From a virus, in the IMG/VR virus record IMGVR_UViG_3300006149_000031: 42,085 nt of DNA; one strand, written 5' to 3'. Positions 6,938 to 14,231 of this stretch are shown one piece after another. The notes below the pieces were generated by a model, which saw nothing but the letters and a program-made list of their open reading frames with translations, did not search any database and had not been told where the DNA came from. Numbering within the stretch: position 1 is the first letter of the stretch; every line of letters begins with the position of its first letter. A program made the position numbers and the translations under genes.

Positions 6938-7920
6938 TTCTCACCTCCTTCCGCTATGCAGGCTTTCCAGGCCTCGTTGACGGCTTGAGCAAAATAGGCA
7001 ACGCGGCTTTTGTTGGCGGGGTGAGTAAGCTTCTCTCGGGCATCCTTGAGTTTTGCAAAGGCTTCAAAAACGGATTCCTGGAATTGCCTCCATTCTTCTG
7101 ATTCGCTTTTTGGAGCCGGGAATGTTGCAGGAGCCTGTACCGGTTCCTGGTCAAACGCGGTCATGTTGATGGAGGCGGGGGCCGGAGGGACAGGAGGTTT
7201 GCCCTGTTCTTCCAATTCCGCTTTTGCCCGTTGAGCTTCTTCCCGTGCCTTTCGGGCCTCTTCCTCCAGTCTGGCGCGTTCTGCGGCGGCTTTGGCAACA
7301 TCCTGACGACGACGCAGCTCAGCCTCAACATAGATAGTGGATTTCGTTTCCAGTTCGTCTTCGTCCCACACGAGGTTATCACCGTACAAATCAATGAATT
7401 CACAAATGATTTCACGATTGGTTGTGATGTCTTTGTTTGCTTTTGCCACGGCGGCATCAAGCGCGGCCTCAATGCTTTTAATGGTGCGCTTGTTCTTGAT
7501 GGATTCCGCCATTGTACCGCCAAATAATTTCTTCCTCAAATGGGGAGCGCATTCCAGGCGGGCAAGGGCGTCATCGATTAGCTTATTGCGGATTTTCTCT
7601 TTCTCCCCGGCGATCTTCTTTTCCAGGGTGAGCCGGGCTTGCCGGATTTCTTCACTGGATTCGTCCAGCGCGGCAAAGAATTCATGGAGGCTCTCGGCAT
7701 CCTTCAGGGCTTTTTCCCTGGCCGCCTTGACAGTATCTTCAGCTCCTTTGAGCATTTTGACGTTTTGTTCAGCAAGGCCGAATTCTTCATCGGTTTCGGG
7801 GGTGAGGCTGATACTGTCCAGGACGGTTTTGACGGAGGCGCGGAATTCGGCAAGATTGGAAGAGAGCACTTCGCCTTTGGCGCTCACATTCAGGGGGATA
7901 ATTACAAGTTGTTCGCTCAT
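6934..7920 (-). CDS. Coiled-coil recombination-module protein (DUF1351-like position and composition)
   Basis: 328 aa, highly charged and helical, located between recT and the exonuclease. ATGA overlap downstream. Confidence 0.4.
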   Translation of the reverse strand: MSEQLVIIPLNVSAKGEVLSSNLAEFRASVKTVLDSISLTPETDEEFGLAEQNVKMLKGAEDTVKAAREKALKDAESLHEFFAALDESSEEIRQARLTLEKKIAGEKEKIRNKLIDDALARLECAPHLRKKLFGGTMAESIKNKRTIKSIEAALDAAVAKANKDITTNREIICEFIDLYGDNLVWDEDELETKSTIYVEAELRRRQDVAKAAAERARLEEEARKAREEAQRAKAELEEQGKPPVPPAPASINMTAFDQEPVQAPATFPAPKSESEEWRQFQESVFEAFAKLKDAREKLTHPANKSRVAYFAQAVNEAWKACIAEGGEK

Positions 7921-7925
7921 GGCGT

Positions 7926-8798
7926 TTAAAGGAGGTTTGTGGTGGAGGGTTCGGAGGCTGGGGCCGGTTCCGGCATCGGGGTCGGGTCTTGACGGTCTAA
8001 CGGGTAGTCATCTATGCCGGGGTCATCTTTCGATACAATTTCGCCGTCAATGACAACGCCGTCGTCGATTTTGACGACACGCCCCGTTTCCGCGGCATGG
8101 GAGACTTCAATGGCATTTGCCACTTCCACACTTTTCGGCATGTATTTGAGAACTTGCAGCAGAACCACCTTGCGGGCGTACATTTCGCGGTTTTTGTAGG
8201 AGTAATGCTTTTCTCCGACCTCGTTGTGTGCGTCTCTGTGGCGCCAGATGCGTTCCATGGGCCATGCCTCAATGACAGGGGTTTCCGCTCCGTTAACCCG
8301 GGCGCAGGCATAGGCCCATGTCATTTTGTCCTCATCCCCGTAATTGATGCCGGGGATGTGGCGGAGGATAGGATAGGCTCCAAGCTCAAATTGGAACTGG
8401 TCGCCCTCGTAAACTACCCCCGTCCAGGCGGTAGTCCTGCCCGTGTTGTTGAGCAGTCCTACAAGGCCCTGCCAGCCGGGAACAAAGGTGCACTTACCTT
8501 TGTAGGGGATAAGATATCCCTGCCCGGCTACTCCCGGCTCAAGCCCAAGCTGGGAGGCAATGAGCAAGCTGGAAAAGATACTTACAGCGGAACACCGCTG
8601 CAAGGCTGGGTTTTGTGAAAAGCAAGTTACCGCGAGACGAATCATACGGTCCGGGTTGAGATGGGCCGGCAGAGCGGCGGCAATGGAGGTTTTTGACCTG
8701 GTTAAAAAGCCAGCAAGCTCTTTCGGGGTTGACAGGGTAAGGGCCTGTTGTCCTTGTCTGTCCTCGTATTTTGGTTTATAAGGTTTTGCGTTACTCAT
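7926..8798 (-). CDS. recT: RecT-family single-strand annealing protein
   Basis: ..LPAHLNPDRMIRLAVTCFSQNPALQRCSAVSIFSSLLIASQLGLEPG..GYLIPYKGKCTFVPGWQGL.. matches the RecT core. Start taken at MSNAKPYKPK (8798); the ORF-track start at 8915 looks over-extended. Confidence 0.85.
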   Translation of the reverse strand: MSNAKPYKPKYEDRQGQQALTLSTPKELAGFLTRSKTSIAAALPAHLNPDRMIRLAVTCFSQNPALQRCSAVSIFSSLLIASQLGLEPGVAGQGYLIPYKGKCTFVPGWQGLVGLLNNTGRTTAWTGVVYEGDQFQFELGAYPILRHIPGINYGDEDKMTWAYACARVNGAETPVIEAWPMERIWRHRDAHNEVGEKHYSYKNREMYARKVVLLQVLKYMPKSVEVANAIEVSHAAETGRVVKIDDGVVIDGEIVSKDDPGIDDYPLDRQDPTPMPEPAPASEPSTTNLL

Positions 8799-8862
8799 AA
8801 TCTTTCGACGGATTGTTGTAACAGGCAGGGGATCGGTGGCCGCCGCCCCCCTGCCAACTGAA

Positions 8863-9300
8863 TCATCCTTCGCATTCCTCGCACTCGCATCCAACGATTC
8901 CAAGCATGGCGGCAATGGGATTCATCCTCTTTTTCATTTTCTCTTTTTGCTGTTGTTCAAGGAACAAACGAACACCTTCTCCCATAGTGTTTACATTGCA
9001 ATCAAAGCATTCGTTTGCTTTGAGAAGATAGCCGAAAGCGCTCGTCCACCCGTAAACTTTGAAATTCATTCTCTCAGACTGAAAAACGGAGCTGGAGGAT
9101 TCTAATATGTGCCGAGTTTTTCTTTCTTCCGGGACCTCCAAAAAGGCGGAAAAAATAGCGCGCCCATCGTAACGCTTAATCAAATCAACAAGGTTATCAA
9201 GCGCGGCGCTGATTTCTTCTTTTGTGGATGCAACAGTATCGCAGCAGCAGGCTTCGTCCGGCGTGCAGGACTGCGCATTCTTTTCTTCGGTATTGTCCAT
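8863..9300 (-). CDS. Hypothetical protein with Cys clusters at both termini
   Basis: 145 aa with CTPDEACCCD near the N-terminus and GCECEECEG at the C-terminus. Confidence 0.45.
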   Translation of the reverse strand: MDNTEEKNAQSCTPDEACCCDTVASTKEEISAALDNLVDLIKRYDGRAIFSAFLEVPEERKTRHILESSSSVFQSERMNFKVYGWTSAFGYLLKANECFDCNVNTMGEGVRLFLEQQQKEKMKKRMNPIAAMLGIVGCECEECEG

Positions 9301-9312
9301 TGTATTGGTATT

Positions 9313-9528
9313 CTATTGGTTATTGCGTTTCCTCATACCGTGAGGGCGGGACGGTTTTTCCAAGCCGTCAAAAGCTTTCATGGGAGTGGGAGACTCCGGG
9401 CAAAACCCGGAATGCGGAGACTTGCCCGCCTGGAGCTCGGCGTTATCCAGCTCCACCGCCAGCCAGAACAGGCACGCAGCGGAAAGACCAAAGGAGCAGG
9501 CCCCCAAGAACTTGAAAAAGGTATTCAT
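9313..9528 (-). CDS. Small membrane protein
   Basis: 71 aa with a hydrophobic N-terminus, MNTFFKFLGACSFGLSAACLFWLAV. Confidence 0.45.
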   Translation of the reverse strand: MNTFFKFLGACSFGLSAACLFWLAVELDNAELQAGKSPHSGFCPESPTPMKAFDGLEKPSRPHGMRKRNNQ

Positions 9529-9743
9529 TTGCTCACTCCTCCTTCTCCGTATTCTCGGAGTAACGCCCGGCGGAACTGCTTGCCGTGCACCTTCATCTTC
9601 CCCTGCTTGCCCCAGTACAGGATCTCGATCACATGCCCCTTGTCCTTCAACTCATGGACGGTTCGCTTGATCACATCCCGGTCGGAATCGTACATCAGGG
9701 CCAGGGTCTTGCAGTCGTAAAACTCTGATTCAGGGTAGGTCAT
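9525..9743 (-). CDS. Small hypothetical (possibly DNA-binding) protein
   Basis: 72 aa. ATGA overlap with the downstream gene. Confidence 0.45.
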   Translation of the reverse strand: MTYPESEFYDCKTLALMYDSDRDVIKRTVHELKDKGHVIEILYWGKQGKMKVHGKQFRRALLREYGEGGVSK

Positions 9744-9813
9744 AATATTTTCATTGTTAAAGCTCGTGCCAGCCGAGCAGCTTCAATTCTTCGATCAGGT
9801 CTTCTTCCATGGT

Positions 9814-9981
9814 TCAGTCGTCGTAGTGTCCGTCGGGGTTGTCGCACTGGGGGGCGTGGTCAAAATCCCACTCGTCGATGGCCTGCTCAATCTGCTCCAG
9901 GAGTCCAACCGCAACGCCGTAGGAGATCGCTTCACCGTCCACCCGGATGCACCGGTCTTCGTCGTCGTATTCGATAATCAT
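9814..9981 (-). CDS. Small acidic hypothetical protein (manual, below 60 aa)
   Basis: MIIEYDDEDRCIRVDGEAISYGVAVGLLEQIEQAIDEWDFDHAPQCDNPDGHYDD. ATGA overlap with the upstream small ORF. Confidence 0.35.
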   Translation of the reverse strand: MIIEYDDEDRCIRVDGEAISYGVAVGLLEQIEQAIDEWDFDHAPQCDNPDGHYDD

Positions 9982-10127
9982 GCCCGCTCCTTTCTCATCT
10001 GATCCAGGGTTCTGTTTACCTGGCGTATGATGTGTTTCTCTCCCAGGCTGATACCAAGCATCAACGCGGACAGGTAGCCTGCCATGTTAAGCAGCGTCAC
10101 AACAATAAATTCAGTCCAGTTCATCAT
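9978..10127 (-). CDS. Small single-TM protein (manual, below 60 aa)
   Basis: MMNWTEFIVVTLLNMAGYLSALMLGISLGEKHIIRQVNRTLDQMRKERA. Confidence 0.35.
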   Translation of the reverse strand: MMNWTEFIVVTLLNMAGYLSALMLGISLGEKHIIRQVNRTLDQMRKERA

Positions 10128-10221
10128 TGGTTATTTGTTAGTGATTGATATTGGTTGTTATTACTTAAATAAAAATGGAGAGCCTGCCAATGTAACGCCT
10201 TGGCTTTGAATGTGCTCGTAT

Positions 10222-10303
10222 TGCCTAAATTCATGCGCATGCCGGCTCATTATTCTTGAAGATGAAAGCTGTCAGGCTACTATTCCGTTATGCCTAAATT
10301 CAT
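10222..10303 (+). repeat. Two copies of the 13-mer TGCCTAAATTCAT (10222..10234 and 10291..10303)
   Basis: The second copy covers the ATG of the plus-strand ORF. The first lies just upstream of its -35 and begins a 12-codon mini-ORF with the same first residues (PKF). Confidence 0.7.
10256..10283 (+). promoter_or_regulatory. Sigma70-like promoter TTGAAG-N16-TACTAT, with the -10 ending 6 nt before ATG 10290
   Basis: Read directly from the sequence. The geometry predicts a leaderless or near-leaderless mRNA. Confidence 0.45.
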
Positions 10304-10484
10304 CACAATAGAAGATTCTTCTGGTCGTCCCCATATCGTGAATGCTGATTACATTGCGCTGATTAAGAAGCGCTCCGACGGGACTTATGATTACATCCTC
10401 TCCATCCCTAACGCGAATTCCAGATTCCGCGTTATTCATTCAAACTACCTCCTTTCCTTCTTTACATCTGGCAACAATCATTAG
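10290..10484 (+). CDS. Small plus-strand hypothetical protein in an AT-rich patch, convergent with the early operon
   Basis: 64 aa, MPKFITIEDSSGRPHIVNADYIALIKKRSDGTYDYILSIPNANSRFRV.., with protein-like composition. It has its own promoter and its 3' end overlaps the convergent gene 10440..10700 by 45 nt. Confidence 0.45.
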   Translation: MPKFITIEDSSGRPHIVNADYIALIKKRSDGTYDYILSIPNANSRFRVIHSNYLLSFFTSGNNH

Positions 10485-10700
10485 TTTCTCTTTCCCCCAT
10501 TCAGGGCAAGAGACAGCCAATACCAGGAAACCTTTCCCCAGAACAGGGGAAGGACAGGAACTTATTCTTTCAAACTCGCGTATTTCTCCATCTACTTCGA
10601 GGAAAATGGGGTCGAAATCGGAACAGATCTTGTCCCAGTCATCTGCTTCTTCCTTGGTCAACATCCGAGCGTTCCTCGGTAATTCAGTATTTGTATTCAT
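10440..10700 (-). CDS. Hypothetical early protein
   Basis: 86 aa. Coupled to the upstream small ORF through an ATGA overlap. Confidence 0.5.
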   Translation of the reverse strand: MNTNTELPRNARMLTKEEADDWDKICSDFDPIFLEVDGEIREFERISSCPSPVLGKGFLVLAVSCPEWGKEKLMIVARCKEGKEVV

Positions 10701-10813
10701 TTTTGGTTCTTGTTTTCTTTTCTCCCTTCATGGAGCCCCATCCAAAAGCAGGCGAGAGCTGTGGGAAATTGTTTCCAGATGCCTTCGACAATGTTGGACC
10801 AGTCTATTTCCAT
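10697..10813 (-). CDS. Small hypothetical protein (manual, 38 aa)
   Basis: MEIDWSNIVEGIWKQFPTALACFWMGLHEGRKENKNQK. TAATG overlap upstream and ATGA overlap downstream. Confidence 0.35.
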   Translation of the reverse strand: MEIDWSNIVEGIWKQFPTALACFWMGLHEGRKENKNQK

Positions 10814-11169
10814 TATGCCTCCGGCTTCTTGGGTTCGAGGTTGCTGGACTTCCTTTCTTCATCTCCATCCGCGTGGTCAGCGCCTTGCGGAATACGACGA
10901 CGAATAGCCAGAAGGCAGTAATCGCCTTCCGCCACAACCAGGCAGTCATGCAGCAAATGAGGTTCGTCCGTATAAACGGATGAAGCGAACAATGCTGTTC
11001 TCTCCTTGAGAGGCTTCATTTTGTAAGCCCTGCCCGCAACCTCTACATAGAACTCTCCTTCCTCCGGTAGAGCTGTACGGAGCTCATCTGCGTAAATCAC
11101 CAGTTTCTTATTGGTGTTTTCCCATTGCATACTTGTGGTTCTTTCTTGGGGGGAGGTTTTCATATTCAT
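10813..11169 (-). CDS. Hypothetical early protein
   Basis: 118 aa. ATGA overlap with the first early gene. Confidence 0.5.
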   Translation of the reverse strand: MNMKTSPQERTTSMQWENTNKKLVIYADELRTALPEEGEFYVEVAGRAYKMKPLKERTALFASSVYTDEPHLLHDCLVVAEGDYCLLAIRRRIPQGADHADGDEERKSSNLEPKKPEA

Positions 11170-11366
11170 GCTGCCGGCTTCTTGGGGTTCTTCGGGCGGG
11201 GAAGGTTGCTAGCCGTGGTCAGGTGAACACGGAATCCCCTGCGGAATGATTCTCGTTCAATGATGCGGATAATAGCTTCCGAAGGCTTCAATCCTTCTTC
11301 CGCTTCGGCCAGCAGATGGCTCTTGCAGCCGTCCGGCAATTTGTCTAAGTCGATTTCTGTTTTCAT
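11166..11366 (-). CDS. First gene of the early leftward operon (Cro position; fold not recognised)
   Basis: 66 aa, divergent from the repressor gene across the operator region, with a basic C-terminal tail. Confidence 0.45.
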   Translation of the reverse strand: MKTEIDLDKLPDGCKSHLLAEAEEGLKPSEAIIRIIERESFRRGFRVHLTTASNLPRPKNPKKPAA

Positions 11367-11389
11367 CTATTTCCGTAACTGATGGCCTC

Positions 11390-11418
11390 AAATTACAGCG
11401 TATAACTGAATATTTCAA
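11390..11418 (-). promoter_or_regulatory. Early leftward promoter candidate TTGAAA-N17-TAATTT
   Basis: In the minus-strand sense, the spacer contains the operator CAGTTATACGCTG. Confidence 0.45.
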
Positions 11419-11484
11419 GATATATTTTCAGCATAATACTGAAATTGCTAGGTAACAAGGTGTTGACATATCAGCAAAATGCTG
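11396..11484. promoter_or_regulatory. Three operator-like 13-mers, CAGC-N5-CTG
   Basis: CAGCGTATAACTG at 11396..11408, CAGCATAATACTG at 11429..11441 and CAGCAAAATGCTG at 11472..11484 (the last a perfect palindrome). The outer two lie inside the spacers of the divergent promoters. Confidence 0.6.
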
Positions 11485-11490
11485 TAATAT
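11463..11490 (+). promoter_or_regulatory. Repressor promoter TTGACA-N16-TAATAT, with the -10 ending 6 nt before ATG 11497
   Basis: Near-consensus hexamers read directly. The geometry implies a leaderless mRNA, as for lambda cI transcribed from PRM. Confidence 0.55.
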
Positions 11491-11496
11491 CAATGC

Positions 11497-12258
11497 ATGA
11501 CGACAACAAAAGAAGACGTAAAAAAATGGCTCAAGGTTATTGGTAGAGACAGAGAATGGCTCGCTAACCAATGTGGAGTTTCCAAGCGTCAGGTAGATAA
11601 TTGGCTTTCGTCATCCATCAATATTCCCGCAAAGGCTATCCTTGTTATTCAGCGTCTTATGAACGGAGAAGCCGAATCCTCTCCCCGCATCGTCATCGAC
11701 TTCACAGATGAAGAATGGGACATTATCTGTGAGGCCGCTAAAGCCCACAAAGAAACCTTCCTGGAATTCGTCAATACCGCCATTCAAAATGCCGCCAAAG
11801 AAAAAGAGGCAGCCCGCAAGAAGTTTACCCCGGTAGAAACATTCACAGCCCCTCCCTTGGAGGCTCAGGGACGAATCATCGGCAACATTGCCGCCGGCAA
11901 CCTGGCGGATGGAGACACCATCCCGCAGGACATCTGGTTATACCGCGAACTGGAAAAAGGGGAATACCTGCTACGCGTCAACGGTCACTCTATGGAACCC
12001 TCCATCCCGGACGGCTCCGTGGTCATCATGAAAAAATACACCATCCCTCCCATCCCCAAGTTAGGAACCATTGTTCAATACCACGATGAACGAGGGGTGA
12101 CGCTCAAAAAACTGGTTCGCAGGAAAAACCCGGAAACCGGAAAAATGGAATACGTATTACATCCACTCAATCCCGACTTCGGAGACATCGAACCCATGGA
12201 CGGCGGTAAAATCTCCGGCATCTATGTGGAAACGCTGGAACGCTGGAAGAAAGCTTGA
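11497..12258 (+). CDS. CI-type repressor with a C-terminal LexA/S24 autopeptidase domain
   Basis: N-terminal HTH (EWLANQCGVSKRQVDNWLSS). C-terminal GHSMEPSIPDGSVVIM (catalytic Ser) and VTLKKLV (Lys). Confidence 0.85.
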   Translation: MTTTKEDVKKWLKVIGRDREWLANQCGVSKRQVDNWLSSSINIPAKAILVIQRLMNGEAESSPRIVIDFTDEEWDIICEAAKAHKETFLEFVNTAIQNAAKEKEAARKKFTPVETFTAPPLEAQGRIIGNIAAGNLADGDTIPQDIWLYRELEKGEYLLRVNGHSMEPSIPDGSVVIMKKYTIPPIPKLGTIVQYHDERGVTLKKLVRRKNPETGKMEYVLHPLNPDFGDIEPMDGGKISGIYVETLERWKKA

Positions 12259-12309
12259 CGTAATAGAGAGGTATGTTATAGGTAAACCCTCTTTTTTATT
12301 TTCCGTTAG

Positions 12310-12341
12310 CCGTCCACGTTGGGAAACGCGGGCGGTTTTTT
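12310..12341 (+). terminator. Rho-independent terminator after the repressor gene
   Basis: CCGTCCACG-ttgggaaa-CGCGGGCGG followed by TTTTTT. Confidence 0.55.
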
Positions 12342-12394
12342 ATTGCCATTACAGCCGTGTACAGTAGCATCCTCCCAGAAAAGCGCTCCTGTTC

Positions 12395-12426
12395 AGCCCT
12401 TGGCCTCCGGGTCAGGGGCTTTTTTG
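12395..12426 (+). terminator. Second plus-strand rho-independent terminator
   Basis: AGCCCTTG-gcctccgggt-CAGGGGCT followed by TTTTTG. Confidence 0.5.
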
Positions 12427-12438
12427 TTAAATAAGTTT

Positions 12439-13248
12439 CTACCTAATGAGATCAAAATTATCTAGGTAATAGGTTGCGTCTTCTTGTTTATCTCGGTTAT
12501 AGATAAACAATCCTCTATTGTCTTGCTTGACCTTGATTGTCATTCCGGCGTCTGATGTGCTAATATATCCTCCGTGTTGCATTCTGTTAATATCCCCATT
12601 TTGCAAAATGAGAAAACGATTAGTCATATGCCCATCGCATGAATAGCGGAACACAATCACATAAAATATATTAGCGGTAGAGCTGTTGATAAAATTATTC
12701 GGTTTAATGAAAACAGAAAGCTTGTTTTCTTTGAAAAAAGAAGTTTTAACCTGAATAAAGAAAAATTTGTCTCCTTTTGACGCTGTAATATCAACTCCTT
12801 CATCAGCAGACATAATGCTGGCATTATAGCCACGGAATAATAATTCACTCACTACAGCAAATTCACCACCTTTACCGCAAAAGATCTTGTCGCAGGAAGT
12901 ATTGGAAAAGACAAGAGGGAGTTGTACTTGCTTATCTCCTCCGGGGTTTGGTTTCTTTTTACGGTCAGGTTCTGTTCTGATGACTTGAGTACCTTTTGGC
13001 TCCGGCTTGATCTTATAAAGCCCCTTTCTGGATCTCTTCGTCTTTGGATTGATAACCTTTGCATAAACCGGTGTCTTGCTTTTGACATTGGCTGCCAAAA
13101 AAGAATTAACCTTCTTCTTCATGTCCTCAACGGATGCCCCTTGAAATTCAGCGATATGCTGAACAATATGCTCCGCTATATCGTTTACGTGGGCTTCTTT
13201 CTTACCTAATGCCTTGAAAGAAATTGAAACAGCTTCTTTAATGTCCAT
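12439..13248 (-). CDS. HARE-HTH + PD-(D/E)XK (Hjc/Mrr-like) nuclease; AT-rich moron
   Basis: N-terminus MDIKEAVSISFKALGKKEAHVNDIAEHIVQ...VNSFLAANVKSKTPVYAKVINPKTKRSRKGLYKIK fits the HARE-HTH pattern. C-terminus GKGGEFAVVSELLFRGYNASIMSADEGVDITASKGDKFFFIQVKTS gives an E ... D ... Q-x-K nuclease core. Start at ATG 13248; the ORF-track TTG start at 13284 coincides with the -35 hexamer. GC is far below the flanks (spot counts of roughly 27-42 percent per 60 nt versus about 55 percent). Confidence 0.6.
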   Translation of the reverse strand: MDIKEAVSISFKALGKKEAHVNDIAEHIVQHIAEFQGASVEDMKKKVNSFLAANVKSKTPVYAKVINPKTKRSRKGLYKIKPEPKGTQVIRTEPDRKKKPNPGGDKQVQLPLVFSNTSCDKIFCGKGGEFAVVSELLFRGYNASIMSADEGVDITASKGDKFFFIQVKTSFFKENKLSVFIKPNNFINSSTANIFYVIVFRYSCDGHMTNRFLILQNGDINRMQHGGYISTSDAGMTIKVKQDNRGLFIYNRDKQEDATYYLDNFDLIR

Positions 13249-13255
13249 ATTCTCC

Positions 13256-13284
13256 CTTATATGTATCGGTTCTTTCCAAGTCAA
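13256..13284 (-). promoter_or_regulatory. Sigma70-like promoter TTGACT-N17-TATAAG, with the -10 ending 7 nt before ATG 13248
   Basis: Read directly on the minus strand. Suggests autonomous, lysogen-compatible expression of the nuclease gene. Confidence 0.5.
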
Positions 13285-13341
13285 TAAATTCCTTTCAGAA
13301 AGTTTCGTGGTGCTTTTTAAGAATTTAGCTCTACTATTTCC

Positions 13342-14223
13342 CTACTTCGGAATCTTGAGTTGTATCTGCTTCTTGAAAAAGCTCTTAGCAAAAACTTCGG
13401 CTCCATTACTATTCCAGTCTTCTGCGTTGATCGCGTTCATATTCTTTTCTACCTCCACAACGCATGCATTCCTCTCCTGAAAATCCTTCCAAATCTGATC
13501 TGCCGTAACAACATCTGTTCCCCACAAATTGTTGGCGTTCTTGTAAATCTGGCGGCCTACATCTCTATCTCCGTCACCGATGGTCTCCATCAGGCGATTC
13601 CCAAGCATATAAGCCCGGTCATGTTCGCTAGCCAGATCAAGGAGGGAAACAGCATCTTCGCCCCAACGTACGCGGAATCTCTCTTTCGCCCCTTCATCTC
13701 CGGTAGCAAACAGCACAAGATCCATCAAGACCATCTCCTTGGTATTCGATCCTTTCCTTGCTCTGTAACATTCCATCTTCTCTTCCTGCTTTGCTCTCGC
13801 CTGCTCCTGTTGCATTCGCTCATGGGTGGCCACCTTCTCCAGCCTTTCATTCTCTCTATATTTGACAACAGCAAAAGCGGCGGAAGCAATTACCAGAAGC
13901 ACAAACAGGACTTTAACCGGACCCTTCACCTTCTTCCAGATAATGGACCATGGCGCCATAATGGACAAAAAAAGAACAATGGTTCCGGCATTCACCCACA
14001 TCCAGACCTCTTTCTCCAAATGCACCCGGAAAATGGGATTGTAAAGCAGGGCAATAGCGGCGGCTGACACGCTTCCAAAACAAACTCCCTTCTTCTGTTC
14101 CTGTGCAAATACAAAGACAGCATAAGCACAGACAGCTAAACGCAGGAACATATAATACCCGTAAGGCATCGGCAACAGCGCCACCCCCAGAAGAACGCAA
14201 ACAGCAATCAGCAAGCCTTTCAT
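13342..14223 (-). CDS. Membrane protein: DUF6804-like 4-TM N-domain + coiled coil + copy of the giant protein's N-terminal domain
   Basis: Start at MKGLLIAVCVLLGVALLPMPYGYYMFLRLAVCAYAV..LYNPIFRVHL.. (ATG 14223; the ORF-track start at 14415 runs into the giant gene). The C-terminal ..LDLASEHDRAYMLGNRLMETIGDGDRDVGRQIYKNANNLWGTDVVTADQIWKDFQ.. is identical to aa 145-199 of the giant protein. Confidence 0.65.
   Translation of the reverse strand: MKGLLIAVCVLLGVALLPMPYGYYMFLRLAVCAYAVFVFAQEQKKGVCFGSVSAAAIALLYNPIFRVHLEKEVWMWVNAGTIVLFLSIMAPWSIIWKKVKGPVKVLFVLLVIASAAFAVVKYRENERLEKVATHERMQQEQARAKQEEKMECYRARKGSNTKEMVLMDLVLFATGDEGAKERFRVRWGEDAVSLLDLASEHDRAYMLGNRLMETIGDGDRDVGRQIYKNANNLWGTDVVTADQIWKDFQERNACVVEVEKNMNAINAEDWNSNGAEVFAKSFFKKQIQLKIPK
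13478..13642. repeat. 165-bp direct repeat, copy A (163/165 identical to 23511..23675)
   Basis: Manual alignment finds two mismatches (13498 a vs g; 13618 c vs t). The flanks are homologous but strongly diverged. Confidence 0.9.
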
Positions 14224-14231
14224 GAGTCCAC

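Noticed and set aside
8611-8640. gcaagttaccgcgagacgaatca inside recT as a sixth late motif
   Set aside because: It needs an insertion to align, lies inside a coding region and has no downstream start codon at the characteristic spacing.
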